The position numbers were made by a program, and so were the translations under genes. The notes under the pieces were generated by a model that had not been told where the DNA came from, did not search any database, and worked only from the letters and a program-made list of their open reading frames with translations. A DNA stretch of 63,490 nt, taken from contig CAZFRW010000002.1 of NCBI GenBank assembly GCA_964521515.1, positions 1 through 63,490 on the forward strand, given 5' to 3'. Positions 8,702 through 19,941 of the stretch are shown here, in pieces. Position 1 is the first letter of the stretch; each line of letters starts with the position of its first letter. This stretch comes from an uncultured Thermococci archaeon (GTDB lineage Archaea; Methanobacteriota_B; Thermococci; Methanofastidiosales; Methanofastidiosaceae).

Positions 8702-9196
8702 CTAATTACCACATCCACAACCACTAGATTTTACTTCTCCTCCCCCGCCTGCTGAGTTACTTGCAATGAGCCCCATTGATTCAGTGTCTAACGCAAATAA
8801 TTTGGAGATTTTAGTACTTACTGGACCTTTTCCATCGTTTGTTCTAAACCAATATTCAATCTCCCATTCTTTGGCTTTAGGTGCTAATTTGAAAAGCTCA
8901 TCTTCAGACATAGGCAAATTATACAATATGCCATCCATCGAATTATTATCGGTTATATCCGTCTTAATCATTTCTCTTCTTGATCCATTTATGATGACAA
9001 ACATATATCTTGGTAGATCCCCATTAGCATCTTTGTATTCTACTTGGAACTTATAAGAAAATATATTATTCTTAAAAGTGTACAAAAGAACGCCTTTTTG
9101 AAGCTCTGGGGGCGTATTTTCTGTTGCGAGTATAGGGGACACGTATAGAGAAATCGCTAATATCAAAGTTAATAAAACAACAAATATTTTCTTCAT
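8702..9196 (-). CDS. Secreted/surface protein of unknown function
   Basis: 164 aa with a signal-peptide-like N-terminus (MKKIFVVLLTLILAISLYVSPILA). The body has the pattern YKFQVEYKDANGDLPRYMFVIINGSRREM..., as in archaeal surface-protein modules. The C-terminus is GGGGEVKSSGCGCGN. Confidence 0.5.
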   Translation of the reverse strand: MKKIFVVLLTLILAISLYVSPILATENTPPELQKGVLLYTFKNNIFSYKFQVEYKDANGDLPRYMFVIINGSRREMIKTDITDNNSMDGILYNLPMSEDELFKLAPKAKEWEIEYWFRTNDGKGPVSTKISKLFALDTESMGLIASNSAGGGGEVKSSGCGCGN

Positions 9197-9265
9197 TTTT
9201 ATACCTCCAACACTACTTATGATAAATTTTTCAAAAATATTTATATAAGCTTTTGTATTGTTAGA

Positions 9266-9607
9266 TTAAAGGAGTTTCAAATCTCCCACTATCCTATCAA
9301 TTTCATCTTCTGGCGCTGGCCCTATACCTAAAACAGTAATAGTCCCAGGAGGAATTTCAGTCAAACCCGCATCTTTAATTAATTCCGTTATTAAGCCAAC
9401 GCTTTTTGCTTCGTTGAAAACTTTAATGAGCGAATCTAAATCATCAATCTTCAAAACAACTTTTTTTTGACCTTCGGAAAACCATTCTGAAAAATACTTA
9501 TTTTTGTTATTTTCTGATTTAATTGCACAACTTACTGCGGCATGTGCAACTTGTGCGGAAAGTTTCCCCTTTGATAACTTTAAATCGTCTCTAACAACAA
9601 TTGCCAT
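9266..9607 (-). CDS. pth2: Peptidyl-tRNA hydrolase, archaeal/eukaryotic type (Pth2)
   Basis: MAIVVRDDLKLSKGKLSAQVAHAAV...GLITELIKDAGLTEIPPGTITVLGIGP is the Pth2 pattern. The ORF track extends it to a TTG at 9640; the ATG at 9607 gives the usual ~113 aa. Confidence 0.85.
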   Translation of the reverse strand: MAIVVRDDLKLSKGKLSAQVAHAAVSCAIKSENNKNKYFSEWFSEGQKKVVLKIDDLDSLIKVFNEAKSVGLITELIKDAGLTEIPPGTITVLGIGPAPEDEIDRIVGDLKLL

Positions 9608-9640
9608 TTTATATTTAAATTTGTTAAAAAGGCCAAACAA

Positions 9641-10927
<1,287 letters not shown>

Positions 10928-12511
10928 TTATCTCGCCTCGTATCCGATATCAAATCCTTTTTTTATTATAATTGCCTTTTTCCGATACTTATCCTCTTTT
11001 GGATAATCACTCCTATAATGGGCCCCCCTAGATTCTTTTCTTTCTAAGGCCGATAGTGCTACAGTTTGAGCTACAAAGAGGATATTTCTTAACTTGAAAT
11101 ATTCTAGGTAATTTTTTGTGACATTTATTTCTTCAAACTTATTTTTTATTTCGGAAATCTCTTTGATTGCAGTTCTTATTCCTTTTTCATCTCTAATAAT
11201 CCCAAGATACCTCCACATGATCTCCTTTACCTCTTTAATCAATTCTTTTTCTGAAGAGCTTTCATCAAGTTTAGGTAATGAATCGAGATACTTCTTGGAA
11301 TCTACATATTCAAAATCATTTTCTATTGCAAATTCAGATGCATTTTTTCCTGCAATCTCTCCAAATACTAAAGTTTCAGCTAAAGCATTGCCTGCAAGCC
11401 TATTGGCCCCGTGAACACCACCTGCAGTTTCTCCACAAGAAAATAATCCCCTAATATTTGTTTCACATTTATCATTTATCTTTAGACCCCCCATGAAGAA
11501 ATGACAAGAAGGCTTAACAAGAAGATTTTCCTTGGTCAAATCAATGCCTTTAGACAAGAAAAATTGTAAGTCCTTTGAATATTTTGTATTAAGAATATCA
11601 TTAGGTATTTCTTTATAAGAGATAAAGACTCCACCGTCATTACCTCTACCTTCAAGAGCTTCAGTGAAAATAGCTCGTGACATTACATCTCTGGTAGTCT
11701 TTTCTAAAAGATTTGAATCATATTTTCCAATAAATCTTTCACCTTTACTATTAAGAAGAATAGCGCCGTCAGTAAAAATAAATGGTAAAACTAGGTATGA
11801 TTTGAGTGCAACAGTAGGGAAAAATTGTACATATTCCATATCAATCAAAGAGGCTCCAACGTCAAAACCTAGGTAATATCCATCCCCCTCTACGTCAGAA
11901 GGATTTGTAGAGTTCTTATAGATATTTCCTGCTCCCCCGGTTGCAATTACAATAGATTTAAATGAAATCTCTAAAAAATTTTTTCCATCGCACACTAATC
12001 CGGATACAACTCTGCCGTCCTTTTCAAAGAGTTTGATTAAATGTTTTCCTTCCAAAAATTTTATATTGTTATTCTTAGCATATTCCATTAGTTTCAACGG
12101 TATTATCCTTCCGCATCCCGGCCCAGCGGGATCTACTCTTACAGTTCGTGGAACTGAATTCCCGCCCGATAGATTAAGAACTAAATTTCCATTATCTTTT
12201 TTAAATTGAATTCCGTACTCTTCCAGCGAAAGAATGGCATTTTTTGCATTATCGGAAAGAATTTTTGCTAATCCTGGATCAGAAACATTTGCCGAACCTT
12301 TTATTATATCTTCATAGTACAGTTCAGAAGAATCATTTTCAGACAATGGTGCATTTAAAATACCTTCGGATATTGAACTGCAACCACCTCTCCCCACATA
12401 ACCTTTAGTTAATATTACGACGTCTTTGACATATTTTTTAGATTCTATGGCGGCTCTTAACCCTGCGAGCCCACCACCAACAACTAAAACGTCACAAAGT
12501 ATCTTTTCCAT
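10928..12511 (-). CDS. FAD flavoprotein of the L-aspartate oxidase / succinate dehydrogenase-fumarate reductase family (NadB-like)
   Basis: CDVLVVGGGLAGLRAA is the dinucleotide fold. Also GLFSCGETAGGVHGANRLAGNAL and ERKESRGAHYRSDYP. The ~527-aa size fits NadB. Confidence 0.75.
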   Translation of the reverse strand: MEKILCDVLVVGGGLAGLRAAIESKKYVKDVVILTKGYVGRGGCSSISEGILNAPLSENDSSELYYEDIIKGSANVSDPGLAKILSDNAKNAILSLEEYGIQFKKDNGNLVLNLSGGNSVPRTVRVDPAGPGCGRIIPLKLMEYAKNNNIKFLEGKHLIKLFEKDGRVVSGLVCDGKNFLEISFKSIVIATGGAGNIYKNSTNPSDVEGDGYYLGFDVGASLIDMEYVQFFPTVALKSYLVLPFIFTDGAILLNSKGERFIGKYDSNLLEKTTRDVMSRAIFTEALEGRGNDGGVFISYKEIPNDILNTKYSKDLQFFLSKGIDLTKENLLVKPSCHFFMGGLKINDKCETNIRGLFSCGETAGGVHGANRLAGNALAETLVFGEIAGKNASEFAIENDFEYVDSKKYLDSLPKLDESSSEKELIKEVKEIMWRYLGIIRDEKGIRTAIKEISEIKNKFEEINVTKNYLEYFKLRNILFVAQTVALSALERKESRGAHYRSDYPKEDKYRKKAIIIKKGFDIGYEAR

Positions 12512-12520
12512 CTTAAAATC

Positions 12521-14365
12521 CTACCTAAAACTAGCTCTTAAAGAAAGTCTTCTTGGAAGAGGTAAGGGCCTTGTTGGCTTTCCTTTAATAAGCTCTAAGA
12601 AGCTAGCTTTGAATTCTTCTACAGAAGTATTCTTCTGAGATGAATCATCTCTTGACCGAATGTTAATAGTAGAATTATTAATTTCGTCGTCACCTACAAC
12701 TATAATATAGGGTACCCACTCTTTTTCAGCATCCCTTATCTTCTTACCAAGTCTCAAATCTCTATCATCTATATCGACCCTTATGCCCGATTTTTCTAGG
12801 TCTTGCAAGACTTTGATAGAATATTCCAATTGCTCTTCACCCACGGGAAGAACTCTTACCTGGGTAGGCGATAGCCATAATGGAAGCATCGGTTTCTTAC
12901 CTTTTTTAGAATCTATATACGCTGTTTCAAGAAGTGCATAAAGATTTCTTTCTATTGCGCCTGAAATTGAAGCATGTAACATCAAAGGATATTTTTCTTT
13001 TCCTTCTTCATCAAAATATTTAATCTCAAATCTTTCAGTATTTTCTATATCAATCTGAACTGTTGAAAGAGCTGAAGCTTTATTTAAGGAATCAACAAAA
13101 TTAAATTCAAATTTCATCACAAAGTAGAATGGTCTTTCGTCCCACATTTCAACTAAAACTGGTCTATTGATTAAGGACATTAGTCTATCAACAAATTCCC
13201 TATTTTCATCATAAAATGATTTGACAAACCTAATAGCAACTTCATACTTTAACTCGAGTTCATCCATCCATTCCATTGATAGCTTAAATTGTTCAATAAA
13301 CTCTTTCTTTGCGTTATCCATAGACGTAGAAAGAGTGTGCATATCGGGCATAGTAAAGGCCCTTAATCTTCTTAATCCTACTAGCTCGCCTCTTTGTTCT
13401 CTCCTAAAACTGTAACGTGTCAATTCATATAATCTTAAGGGGAGATCTTTGTAAGAAATGATCATGTCATGTTTCATGAGATATTGTCCAAAGCATGCTG
13501 CAAATCTTAGGAAATATGTATCGGCCCCAGATTTAACTATATATTGTCTTGCCGGGAATCTATTTAGATACTTAGAAAGCATTGGATGAGTAATACTGTA
13601 CATTATCGGTGTTTCTACTTCCATCCCCCCGTATTCTAGTATACTATCAGTAACTCGGGTTTCTAATAGTCTTTTAATCAGGACACCTTTTGGATACCAT
13701 CTCAAATTTCCAGGATCTGAGCCTTTTTCATAATCAACAAGCTCTAAATTTTTCATATATTCTACATGTGGTGGAACCATATCGACTTTTCTAGAATGGG
13801 TGACTTCATATTCTGCTAATTTTTTGAGACTGTCATAATTCTTAAAATCAAATTTTTCTTGGGGTATTAGATTTAAGGAAGTATCTAATATATACCAACT
13901 AGATCTAATTTTTTCCTCTGCTTTCAATGCTTCGGATACAACTTCTCCTTCTTCTTGAGACTTTATACTCCTAGAAAGTTCAGACAATGGGTGCCCTTTA
14001 CAAGATACTCTAAAGGCTTTATAATACCCAAAAGGAGCCCTCATTACCTCGAACTTTGTTTTTAATTTGATTTCTAAATTTTTCAATAAGTTAATAGCTA
14101 TTTCAGGAGGGGCAAGATTATTGCTTAAATGTGCATAGGGATAGAGAAAAACTTTTTCTGATTTAACAGATTTTGATACCTCTGCAACTTCGTTTAATGC
14201 TTTATCAATAACAGAATCATCATCACCTTCTTCAACAGCAACGAAAACAGAAAGACAATCTTCCATTCTGCCCTTCTTTAAAGATTCTTCAATCTCCTCA
14301 GCTATTTTTGTCTTTGAAGTAATTTCATATTCTAAATAGTCGCTATGTATTAAAAGAATCCGCAT
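12521..14365 (-). CDS. thrS: Threonine--tRNA ligase, archaeal type with N-terminal editing domain
   Basis: MRILLIHSDYLEYE is the N-terminus of the archaeal editing domain. Class II core motifs are present (RLYELTRYSFRREQRGELVGLRRLRAFTMPDMH), and there is a C-terminal anticodon-binding domain. Confidence 0.9.
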   Translation of the reverse strand: MRILLIHSDYLEYEITSKTKIAEEIEESLKKGRMEDCLSVFVAVEEGDDDSVIDKALNEVAEVSKSVKSEKVFLYPYAHLSNNLAPPEIAINLLKNLEIKLKTKFEVMRAPFGYYKAFRVSCKGHPLSELSRSIKSQEEGEVVSEALKAEEKIRSSWYILDTSLNLIPQEKFDFKNYDSLKKLAEYEVTHSRKVDMVPPHVEYMKNLELVDYEKGSDPGNLRWYPKGVLIKRLLETRVTDSILEYGGMEVETPIMYSITHPMLSKYLNRFPARQYIVKSGADTYFLRFAACFGQYLMKHDMIISYKDLPLRLYELTRYSFRREQRGELVGLRRLRAFTMPDMHTLSTSMDNAKKEFIEQFKLSMEWMDELELKYEVAIRFVKSFYDENREFVDRLMSLINRPVLVEMWDERPFYFVMKFEFNFVDSLNKASALSTVQIDIENTERFEIKYFDEEGKEKYPLMLHASISGAIERNLYALLETAYIDSKKGKKPMLPLWLSPTQVRVLPVGEEQLEYSIKVLQDLEKSGIRVDIDDRDLRLGKKIRDAEKEWVPYIIVVGDDEINNSTINIRSRDDSSQKNTSVEEFKASFLELIKGKPTRPLPLPRRLSLRASFR

Positions 14366-14488
14366 AGATTCACCATTAAAAAGATTATATTATAAAAGCA
14401 ATCTTAATGTGTAACTTATATAACTTTCGGAATAGATTACTTATTCTAGAAAGGTAAATCTTTAATAGTTACAATTCATATATATTTT

Positions 14489-15034
14489 ATGGAAGGAATT
14501 CTTGCGATTACCGGTGCAAGTGGAGCCATATATGGTATCAAATTATTAGAAAATTTGAAAGGTAAAGTACATCTAATTGTAAGTGAAAGTGCAAAGAAAA
14601 TAATAAATGATGAAACAAATTATGATTTAGATAAATTAAGTAAATATGCATACAAATTTTATAAAAATAATGAGATGGATGCGCCTGTTGCTTCCGGAAG
14701 CTACCCTTTTGATTATATGATTATATGTCCTGCTACAATTTCTACTATTTCTAAGATAGCTGTAGGCATACAAGATAATTTAATTACCCGATCTGCAGCT
14801 GTGGCTCTAAAAGAAAAAAGGAAATTAATTGTTGTTCCAAGAGAAACACCCTTGACTTCAATAAACTTAAAGAGTATGGCAACTCTCTCTGATGAAGGCG
14901 CAATTATCTTACCTGCAATGCCCGCTTTCTACCATAACCCCAAAAATATAGATGAAATTACTAATTTTGTAGTTGGAAGGATTTTAGATCAAGTTGGAAT
15001 AGAACACAATTTATTTAAAAGATGGGGAACTTGA
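14489..15034 (+). CDS. ubiX: Flavin prenyltransferase UbiX
   Basis: 181 aa. LAITGASGAIYGIKLLE, MIICPATISTISKIAVGIQDNLITRSA and KLIVVPRETPL match UbiX/Pad1. Confidence 0.85.
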   Translation: MEGILAITGASGAIYGIKLLENLKGKVHLIVSESAKKIINDETNYDLDKLSKYAYKFYKNNEMDAPVASGSYPFDYMIICPATISTISKIAVGIQDNLITRSAAVALKEKRKLIVVPRETPLTSINLKSMATLSDEGAIILPAMPAFYHNPKNIDEITNFVVGRILDQVGIEHNLFKRWGT

Positions 15035-15046
15035 GATAAATAAAAA

Positions 15047-16402
15047 TTATTTTAATTTCTTTAGTACAAGTTCAGCACAAATTTGAACGGGATCTATAGT
15101 TGGAGATAAAGGTGGACTATAACAATTCTCAATTTTTGCTAAATCATCTACCTTGATGCCTTTTTGGACTGCAAATCCTACTGCAAGTGTTCTAGCAAAT
15201 ACGCCTTCTTCACCAATAGCTTGGAATCCTAATATATCGCCTTCCTTAGAAGCTAATATTTTAATAAATATCTCTTTGCATCCAGGATAATATTCTGCTC
15301 TAGATTTCCCTTTGTATTTAGCCTTTACATATTCCATTCCCATCTTAGCTAAATTATCTTCAGTTAATCCAAATGCTCCAATTTTTAAGTCAAAGAAATC
15401 CATTATCATAAGATTAATTACTGGGTTCAATTCTAGATTTCCCCCAACAGCATTAATTCCCGCAATTTTGCCTCCTCTCACCGCATTGGTACCCAGACTT
15501 GAAGAAAATTGTTCGCCTGTAAAAAAATATTTAACGCTTGTACAATCTCCGCATGCAAATATACCATCAATCGATGTTTGAAGCCTTGAATCTGTTTTTA
15601 TTCCTTTTTGGGTTTCAATTCCACATTCTTTAGCTAAATAAGTATTTGTACGGGTTCCAGATGCCATTATGATGATGTCTGCATCTATTAATTCATTATC
15701 TGCAATCAATCCCTTAACTTTATCTTCCCCCGATATATTTAGAACTGTCTTATCTGTTATTAGATTTATTCCTTTGGCCTTCAAATAATCTACAATTAAT
15801 TCACTCATGTCTCTGTCGATTTGCTGTCTCAATGGCCGATTTTCCTTAGAAACTATAGTTACTTCTAATCCTCTATTCTTTAAGGCATATGCCATTTCAA
15901 GGGATATTCTGCCAGAGATACACCCCTTACACTCTCCTTTGCACCCCCACCCATATGCATAAATAATTACCTTTTTTGAAGTATCTATTTTTTTAGACAA
16001 ATCTATGGCATCTTCGAGAGTTCTTATGAAATAAACACCTTTTGGGTATTTATAATCAATTTTATAGTTACATGGTATAGCACCGGTTGCAAGAATCAGC
16101 GAATCATACCCTATTTCGGAATTATCTTCAAGAATGACTTTTTTATCTTGCGGATTTATTTTCTTAATTTCTTTTTGGAGTAGAAGTTTAATTTTTTGTT
16201 TTTCATAGAACTCTTTTGGAAATATTATTAGATTGTCAAATTTGTCAATATCGCCAGATATCACATATGGGAGCCCACATAGGGAGTATTGAGGAAAATT
16301 TTGTTTTTCGATTATAGTTATCTCTGCATTTTTGTCAAATTTTCTTGCTTCGAGAGCTGCTTCTGAACCAGCAGCACCCCCTCCAACAATTATAAGCCTC
16401 AT
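15047..16402 (-). CDS. Pyridine nucleotide-disulfide oxidoreductase, CoA-disulfide reductase/NADH oxidase family
   Basis: MRLIIVGGGAAGSEAA is the FAD fold. A single active-site Cys lies in QYSLCGLPY, and GIFACGDC is present. The second dinucleotide motif is interrupted by YGWGCKGECKGCISGR (see findings). Confidence 0.75.
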   Translation of the reverse strand: MRLIIVGGGAAGSEAALEARKFDKNAEITIIEKQNFPQYSLCGLPYVISGDIDKFDNLIIFPKEFYEKQKIKLLLQKEIKKINPQDKKVILEDNSEIGYDSLILATGAIPCNYKIDYKYPKGVYFIRTLEDAIDLSKKIDTSKKVIIYAYGWGCKGECKGCISGRISLEMAYALKNRGLEVTIVSKENRPLRQQIDRDMSELIVDYLKAKGINLITDKTVLNISGEDKVKGLIADNELIDADIIIMASGTRTNTYLAKECGIETQKGIKTDSRLQTSIDGIFACGDCTSVKYFFTGEQFSSSLGTNAVRGGKIAGINAVGGNLELNPVINLMIMDFFDLKIGAFGLTEDNLAKMGMEYVKAKYKGKSRAEYYPGCKEIFIKILASKEGDILGFQAIGEEGVFARTLAVGFAVQKGIKVDDLAKIENCYSPPLSPTIDPVQICAELVLKKLK

Positions 16403-16516
16403 ATAAATCTTCTCTAAATATAAAAATAAATTATCATTTAAATATATTTTTAATTGAAAAGGTTTAGTAAGTTAAGGAGATACAAAATAAAAAATAATAG
16501 GATATTGGGCGTTCCA

Positions 16517-16864
16517 CTAATGTAATTTGTCAAGTCTATTTACTAAATCATCTTTAATTAGACAATTAATTGCATCTTCAACTGTATGTTCCTCAGTAAT
16601 AACTGCCATAATATTGTTCTTAACTAGGTCATTATAGATGCCTTGCCCCATCCCATAACATATGACTAAATTGCAGTCTTTAATGTTGGTAATCATACTT
16701 GAATGATCACAACTACCACATTGCCCATTACTTTTTCCAATATTTTGTCTATATTCTTCTTTAATTATTTTGTTATCTTTTATTTCAAAAACTCTAAATC
16801 CTAGAGTTCTTCCAAAATGGTGAGAAATACTCACTTTATCATCAGTTGCAATTGCTACTTTCAT
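16517..16864 (-). CDS. NifB/NifX-family (dinitrogenase FeMo-cofactor binding fold) small protein
   Basis: 115 aa. MKVAIATDDKVSISHHFGRTLGFRVFEI and VICYGMGQGIYNDL match the family pattern. Confidence 0.65.
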   Translation of the reverse strand: MKVAIATDDKVSISHHFGRTLGFRVFEIKDNKIIKEEYRQNIGKSNGQCGSCDHSSMITNIKDCNLVICYGMGQGIYNDLVKNNIMAVITEEHTVEDAINCLIKDDLVNRLDKLH

Positions 16865-16984
16865 GGTTACACCTCTTTATGAATAGATATTCAAAATATT
16901 TATAAATGTTTCTTATTAAGAATTTTAAGACAGATTTATGGATAAAGATTTAAATAAAATAAAAGAGAGGAATTTGGTGTTTAG

Positions 16985-17389
16985 ATGGAGATAGGAACAT
17001 ATTCTTTTAGGGATGAGTTATTTTATTCTAAAACACATGAATGGATAAAGATTGAAGAAGAGATATGTACTGTAGGCATTGATGATTATTCTCAAAGAGA
17101 GATAGGCGAGATAGCATATATCGAACTTCCTGCAATAGGAACAAACGTCAAACAATTTGGATTATTATGCCAAATCGAATCAATTAAAACCGTGCTTGAT
17201 ATTTTTTCTCCTATGTCTGGAACTATAATAGAAACTAATAAAGAAATTGAGAATTCTCCTGATCTTCTGAATACTAAACCATATGATTCATGGATATGCA
17301 AAATAAAATTTTTGGAACTCGATGAAAAAATAAATCTAATGAACATTAATGAATATACCAAATATATAAAAGATATATTGGATAAATAA
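16985..17389 (+). CDS. gcvH: Glycine cleavage system H-like lipoyl carrier protein
   Basis: YSKTHEWIKIEE..CTVGIDDYSQREIGEIAYIELP..G........IESIKTV.DIFSPMSG contains the lipoyl-lysine ES(V/I)K motif. Confidence 0.8.
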   Translation: MEIGTYSFRDELFYSKTHEWIKIEEEICTVGIDDYSQREIGEIAYIELPAIGTNVKQFGLLCQIESIKTVLDIFSPMSGTIIETNKEIENSPDLLNTKPYDSWICKIKFLELDEKINLMNINEYTKYIKDILDK

Positions 17390-17437
17390 GATTTAAAATA
17401 GTTATTAAAATTTAAAGGAAAAGATTATTTAATATAT

Positions 17438-19726
17438 TTAACATTTAGTATACCCACAATATTTACAGCATACACATCCTTCAGAAAATACTAATACTTC
17501 TCCACATTCTGGACATTGTGCAGGCATTCCAGTACTGTTATTTCCTCCGTTTGAAGTAACTACCAAATCTAGTCTTTCTTGTTTTGTGTTTAGTTCTTTC
17601 TTGATATATCTGTCCAAAACTATAGCTATGGCATCAGCACAAGAATGAACTGGCATTCCCTCATCCCATGTAGGCATTGGGCATCTAATATGTCTTAACT
17701 GCTCCAGTATAGATTCAATTCTTATTCCAGACCTCAAGGCTAATGAGATTAATCTTGCTATTGCTTCGTTCTGGCTTGCAGGACAACCTCCAGATTTACC
17801 CATTTGCATAAATATTTCGCAAAGTCCGTATTCATCCTCATTTATGGTAACATAAAGGTTACCACAGCCAGTTCTTATTTTTTCAGTAAATCCTTTAGTT
17901 ACTTTTGGTCTTGGTCTTGGGGCCTTTTGGATAGAAGTTTCTTTTTTATTTACTTTTCCGATATTCAAAACTTGTTCGTCCCTAGATCCGTCTCTATATA
18001 TAGTAGTTCCCTTGAGCCCACTCCTGTAAGCTAAAAGATAAGCTTGCATGACATCATTTTCAGTTGCACTTTTGGGAAAATTAATAGTTTTTGAAACAGC
18101 ATTATCCGTATACTCTTGGAATGCTGCTTGAATTCTTATATGCCATTCTGGAACAATATCGTGAGCAGTTACAAATATTTTTTTAATATCTTCAGGTATC
18201 TCATCTATATTTTTTAAAGAGCCTTCTCTTGCAATCCTCTTCATTAACTCCTGATTATAGATACCCCTCTCTTTTGATATTTCTGCAAAAACAGGATTTA
18301 TTTCTAGAAGCTCATCTTTGTCCATAACATTTCTAATATAAGATATTGCAAATATGGGTTCTATACCACTTGAACTACCTGCTATCAAGCTAATAGTTCC
18401 AGTTGGAGCTATCGTAGTAACAGTAGCATTTCTAACTGGGAGTTCCCCTCTCTCGTAAAATACGCTTTTTTCAAAATTGGGGAATGGTCCCCTCTTTGAA
18501 GCAAGTTCTCTTGAAGTTTCCGTCGCTTCTTCTTTAACAAACTTCATTAAGATTTTTGATATATCAACTGCATCTTCTGAATTATATGGAATTCCAAGTT
18601 TTAGAAGCATGTCAGCAAAACCCATGACCCCTAATCCTATTTTCCTATTGCCTTTTGTAATGTCTTCAATCTGGGCCAAAGGATACCTATTTACATCAAT
18701 AACATTATCTAAGAAATGGACAGACTTCTTTACAACATCCCTCAAATGATCAAAATCTATTTCATATCCTTTGGTAGTTTTCTTTAAGAACTTTGAAAGA
18801 TTTATAGAACCAAGATTACATGATTCGTATGGGAGGAGAGGTTGTTCTCCGCATGGATTAGTACTCTCAATTTCACCTATGGCAGGAGTTGGATTTCCCC
18901 TGTTGAGCCTATCAATGAAAACTATGCCAGGCTCCCCATTTTTCCAAGCCATATTAATTATAAGATTAAAAACTTCTTTAGCACTTAATTTACCTTCTAC
19001 TTTCCCATTTCTAGGATTTAAAAGTTCATAATCTTTTCCATTTTCAAATGCTTCTACAAACTTATCTGTAATCGCCACAGATATATTAAAATTGTTAAGT
19101 TTAGTATTCTCCTCTTTACATTTAATAAATTCTAAGATATCGGGATGGTCGACCCTCAAAATGGCCATATTGGCCCCTCTTCTTGTTCCACCCTGCTTTA
19201 TAGTCTCTGTGGCTGTGTCAAATACAGTCATGAAAGAAACTGGACCGCTAGATATGCCTTTCGTTGTTAAAACTACATCATTTTTTGGCCTAAGCCTTGA
19301 GAATGAGAATCCTGTGCCCCCTCCACTTTTGTGGATCAAAGCCGTATATTTTATTGCATCGAAAATACTATCGATAGAATCCTCAACAGGCAAAACAAAA
19401 CATGCAGATAATTGTCCAAGCTCCCTCCCGGCATTCATCAATGTAGGTGAATTCGGGAGAAACTCAAAGTTTGTCATCATCTCATAAAACTCTTTAGTTA
19501 GTCCATCGACGTCTGCATTTTCATCATAAAGTAAATCGGCAATTGCTATGCTTTTAGCAACTCTTAGAAAAAGATCATTTGGATTTTCTATGACATTTCC
19601 TTCTTGATCCTTTTTTAAATATCTCCTTTCTAACACTTTTAGTGCATTCTCCGATAAATTTAATGGCTCTTCCGCATAATCAGTATTACCACTCTTATCA
19701 TAATTATAGTCCTCAGAAACTGCCAT
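17438..19726 (-). CDS. nrdJ: Adenosylcobalamin-dependent (class II) ribonucleotide reductase
   Basis: 762 aa. LPNSPTLMNAG, LSACFVL, STNPCGEQPLLPYESCNLGS and TIAPTGTISLIAG are RNR blocks. The C-terminal Cys-rich tail (CPECGEVLVFSEGCVCCKYCGYTKC) is typical of archaeal NrdJ. Confidence 0.9.
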   Translation of the reverse strand: MAVSEDYNYDKSGNTDYAEEPLNLSENALKVLERRYLKKDQEGNVIENPNDLFLRVAKSIAIADLLYDENADVDGLTKEFYEMMTNFEFLPNSPTLMNAGRELGQLSACFVLPVEDSIDSIFDAIKYTALIHKSGGGTGFSFSRLRPKNDVVLTTKGISSGPVSFMTVFDTATETIKQGGTRRGANMAILRVDHPDILEFIKCKEENTKLNNFNISVAITDKFVEAFENGKDYELLNPRNGKVEGKLSAKEVFNLIINMAWKNGEPGIVFIDRLNRGNPTPAIGEIESTNPCGEQPLLPYESCNLGSINLSKFLKKTTKGYEIDFDHLRDVVKKSVHFLDNVIDVNRYPLAQIEDITKGNRKIGLGVMGFADMLLKLGIPYNSEDAVDISKILMKFVKEEATETSRELASKRGPFPNFEKSVFYERGELPVRNATVTTIAPTGTISLIAGSSSGIEPIFAISYIRNVMDKDELLEINPVFAEISKERGIYNQELMKRIAREGSLKNIDEIPEDIKKIFVTAHDIVPEWHIRIQAAFQEYTDNAVSKTINFPKSATENDVMQAYLLAYRSGLKGTTIYRDGSRDEQVLNIGKVNKKETSIQKAPRPRPKVTKGFTEKIRTGCGNLYVTINEDEYGLCEIFMQMGKSGGCPASQNEAIARLISLALRSGIRIESILEQLRHIRCPMPTWDEGMPVHSCADAIAIVLDRYIKKELNTKQERLDLVVTSNGGNNSTGMPAQCPECGEVLVFSEGCVCCKYCGYTKC

Positions 19727-19941
19727 GCTAATATAAATCCCTCCGAGTCATGTTTTAGCCCAAACAATTTAATTGATTAATTTGTTAATTATAAATCTTT
19801 TGGTAAACGATTTTTAAAATTTGATATTGCAAAAATTATTCTAGTACCGTCATTATAATATTATTTAAATTATTCCTAATTCTTTATTTGAAGATTTTTT
19901 TATATCATTAATTATTTAAATAAATTTTATTTTTTTATATT

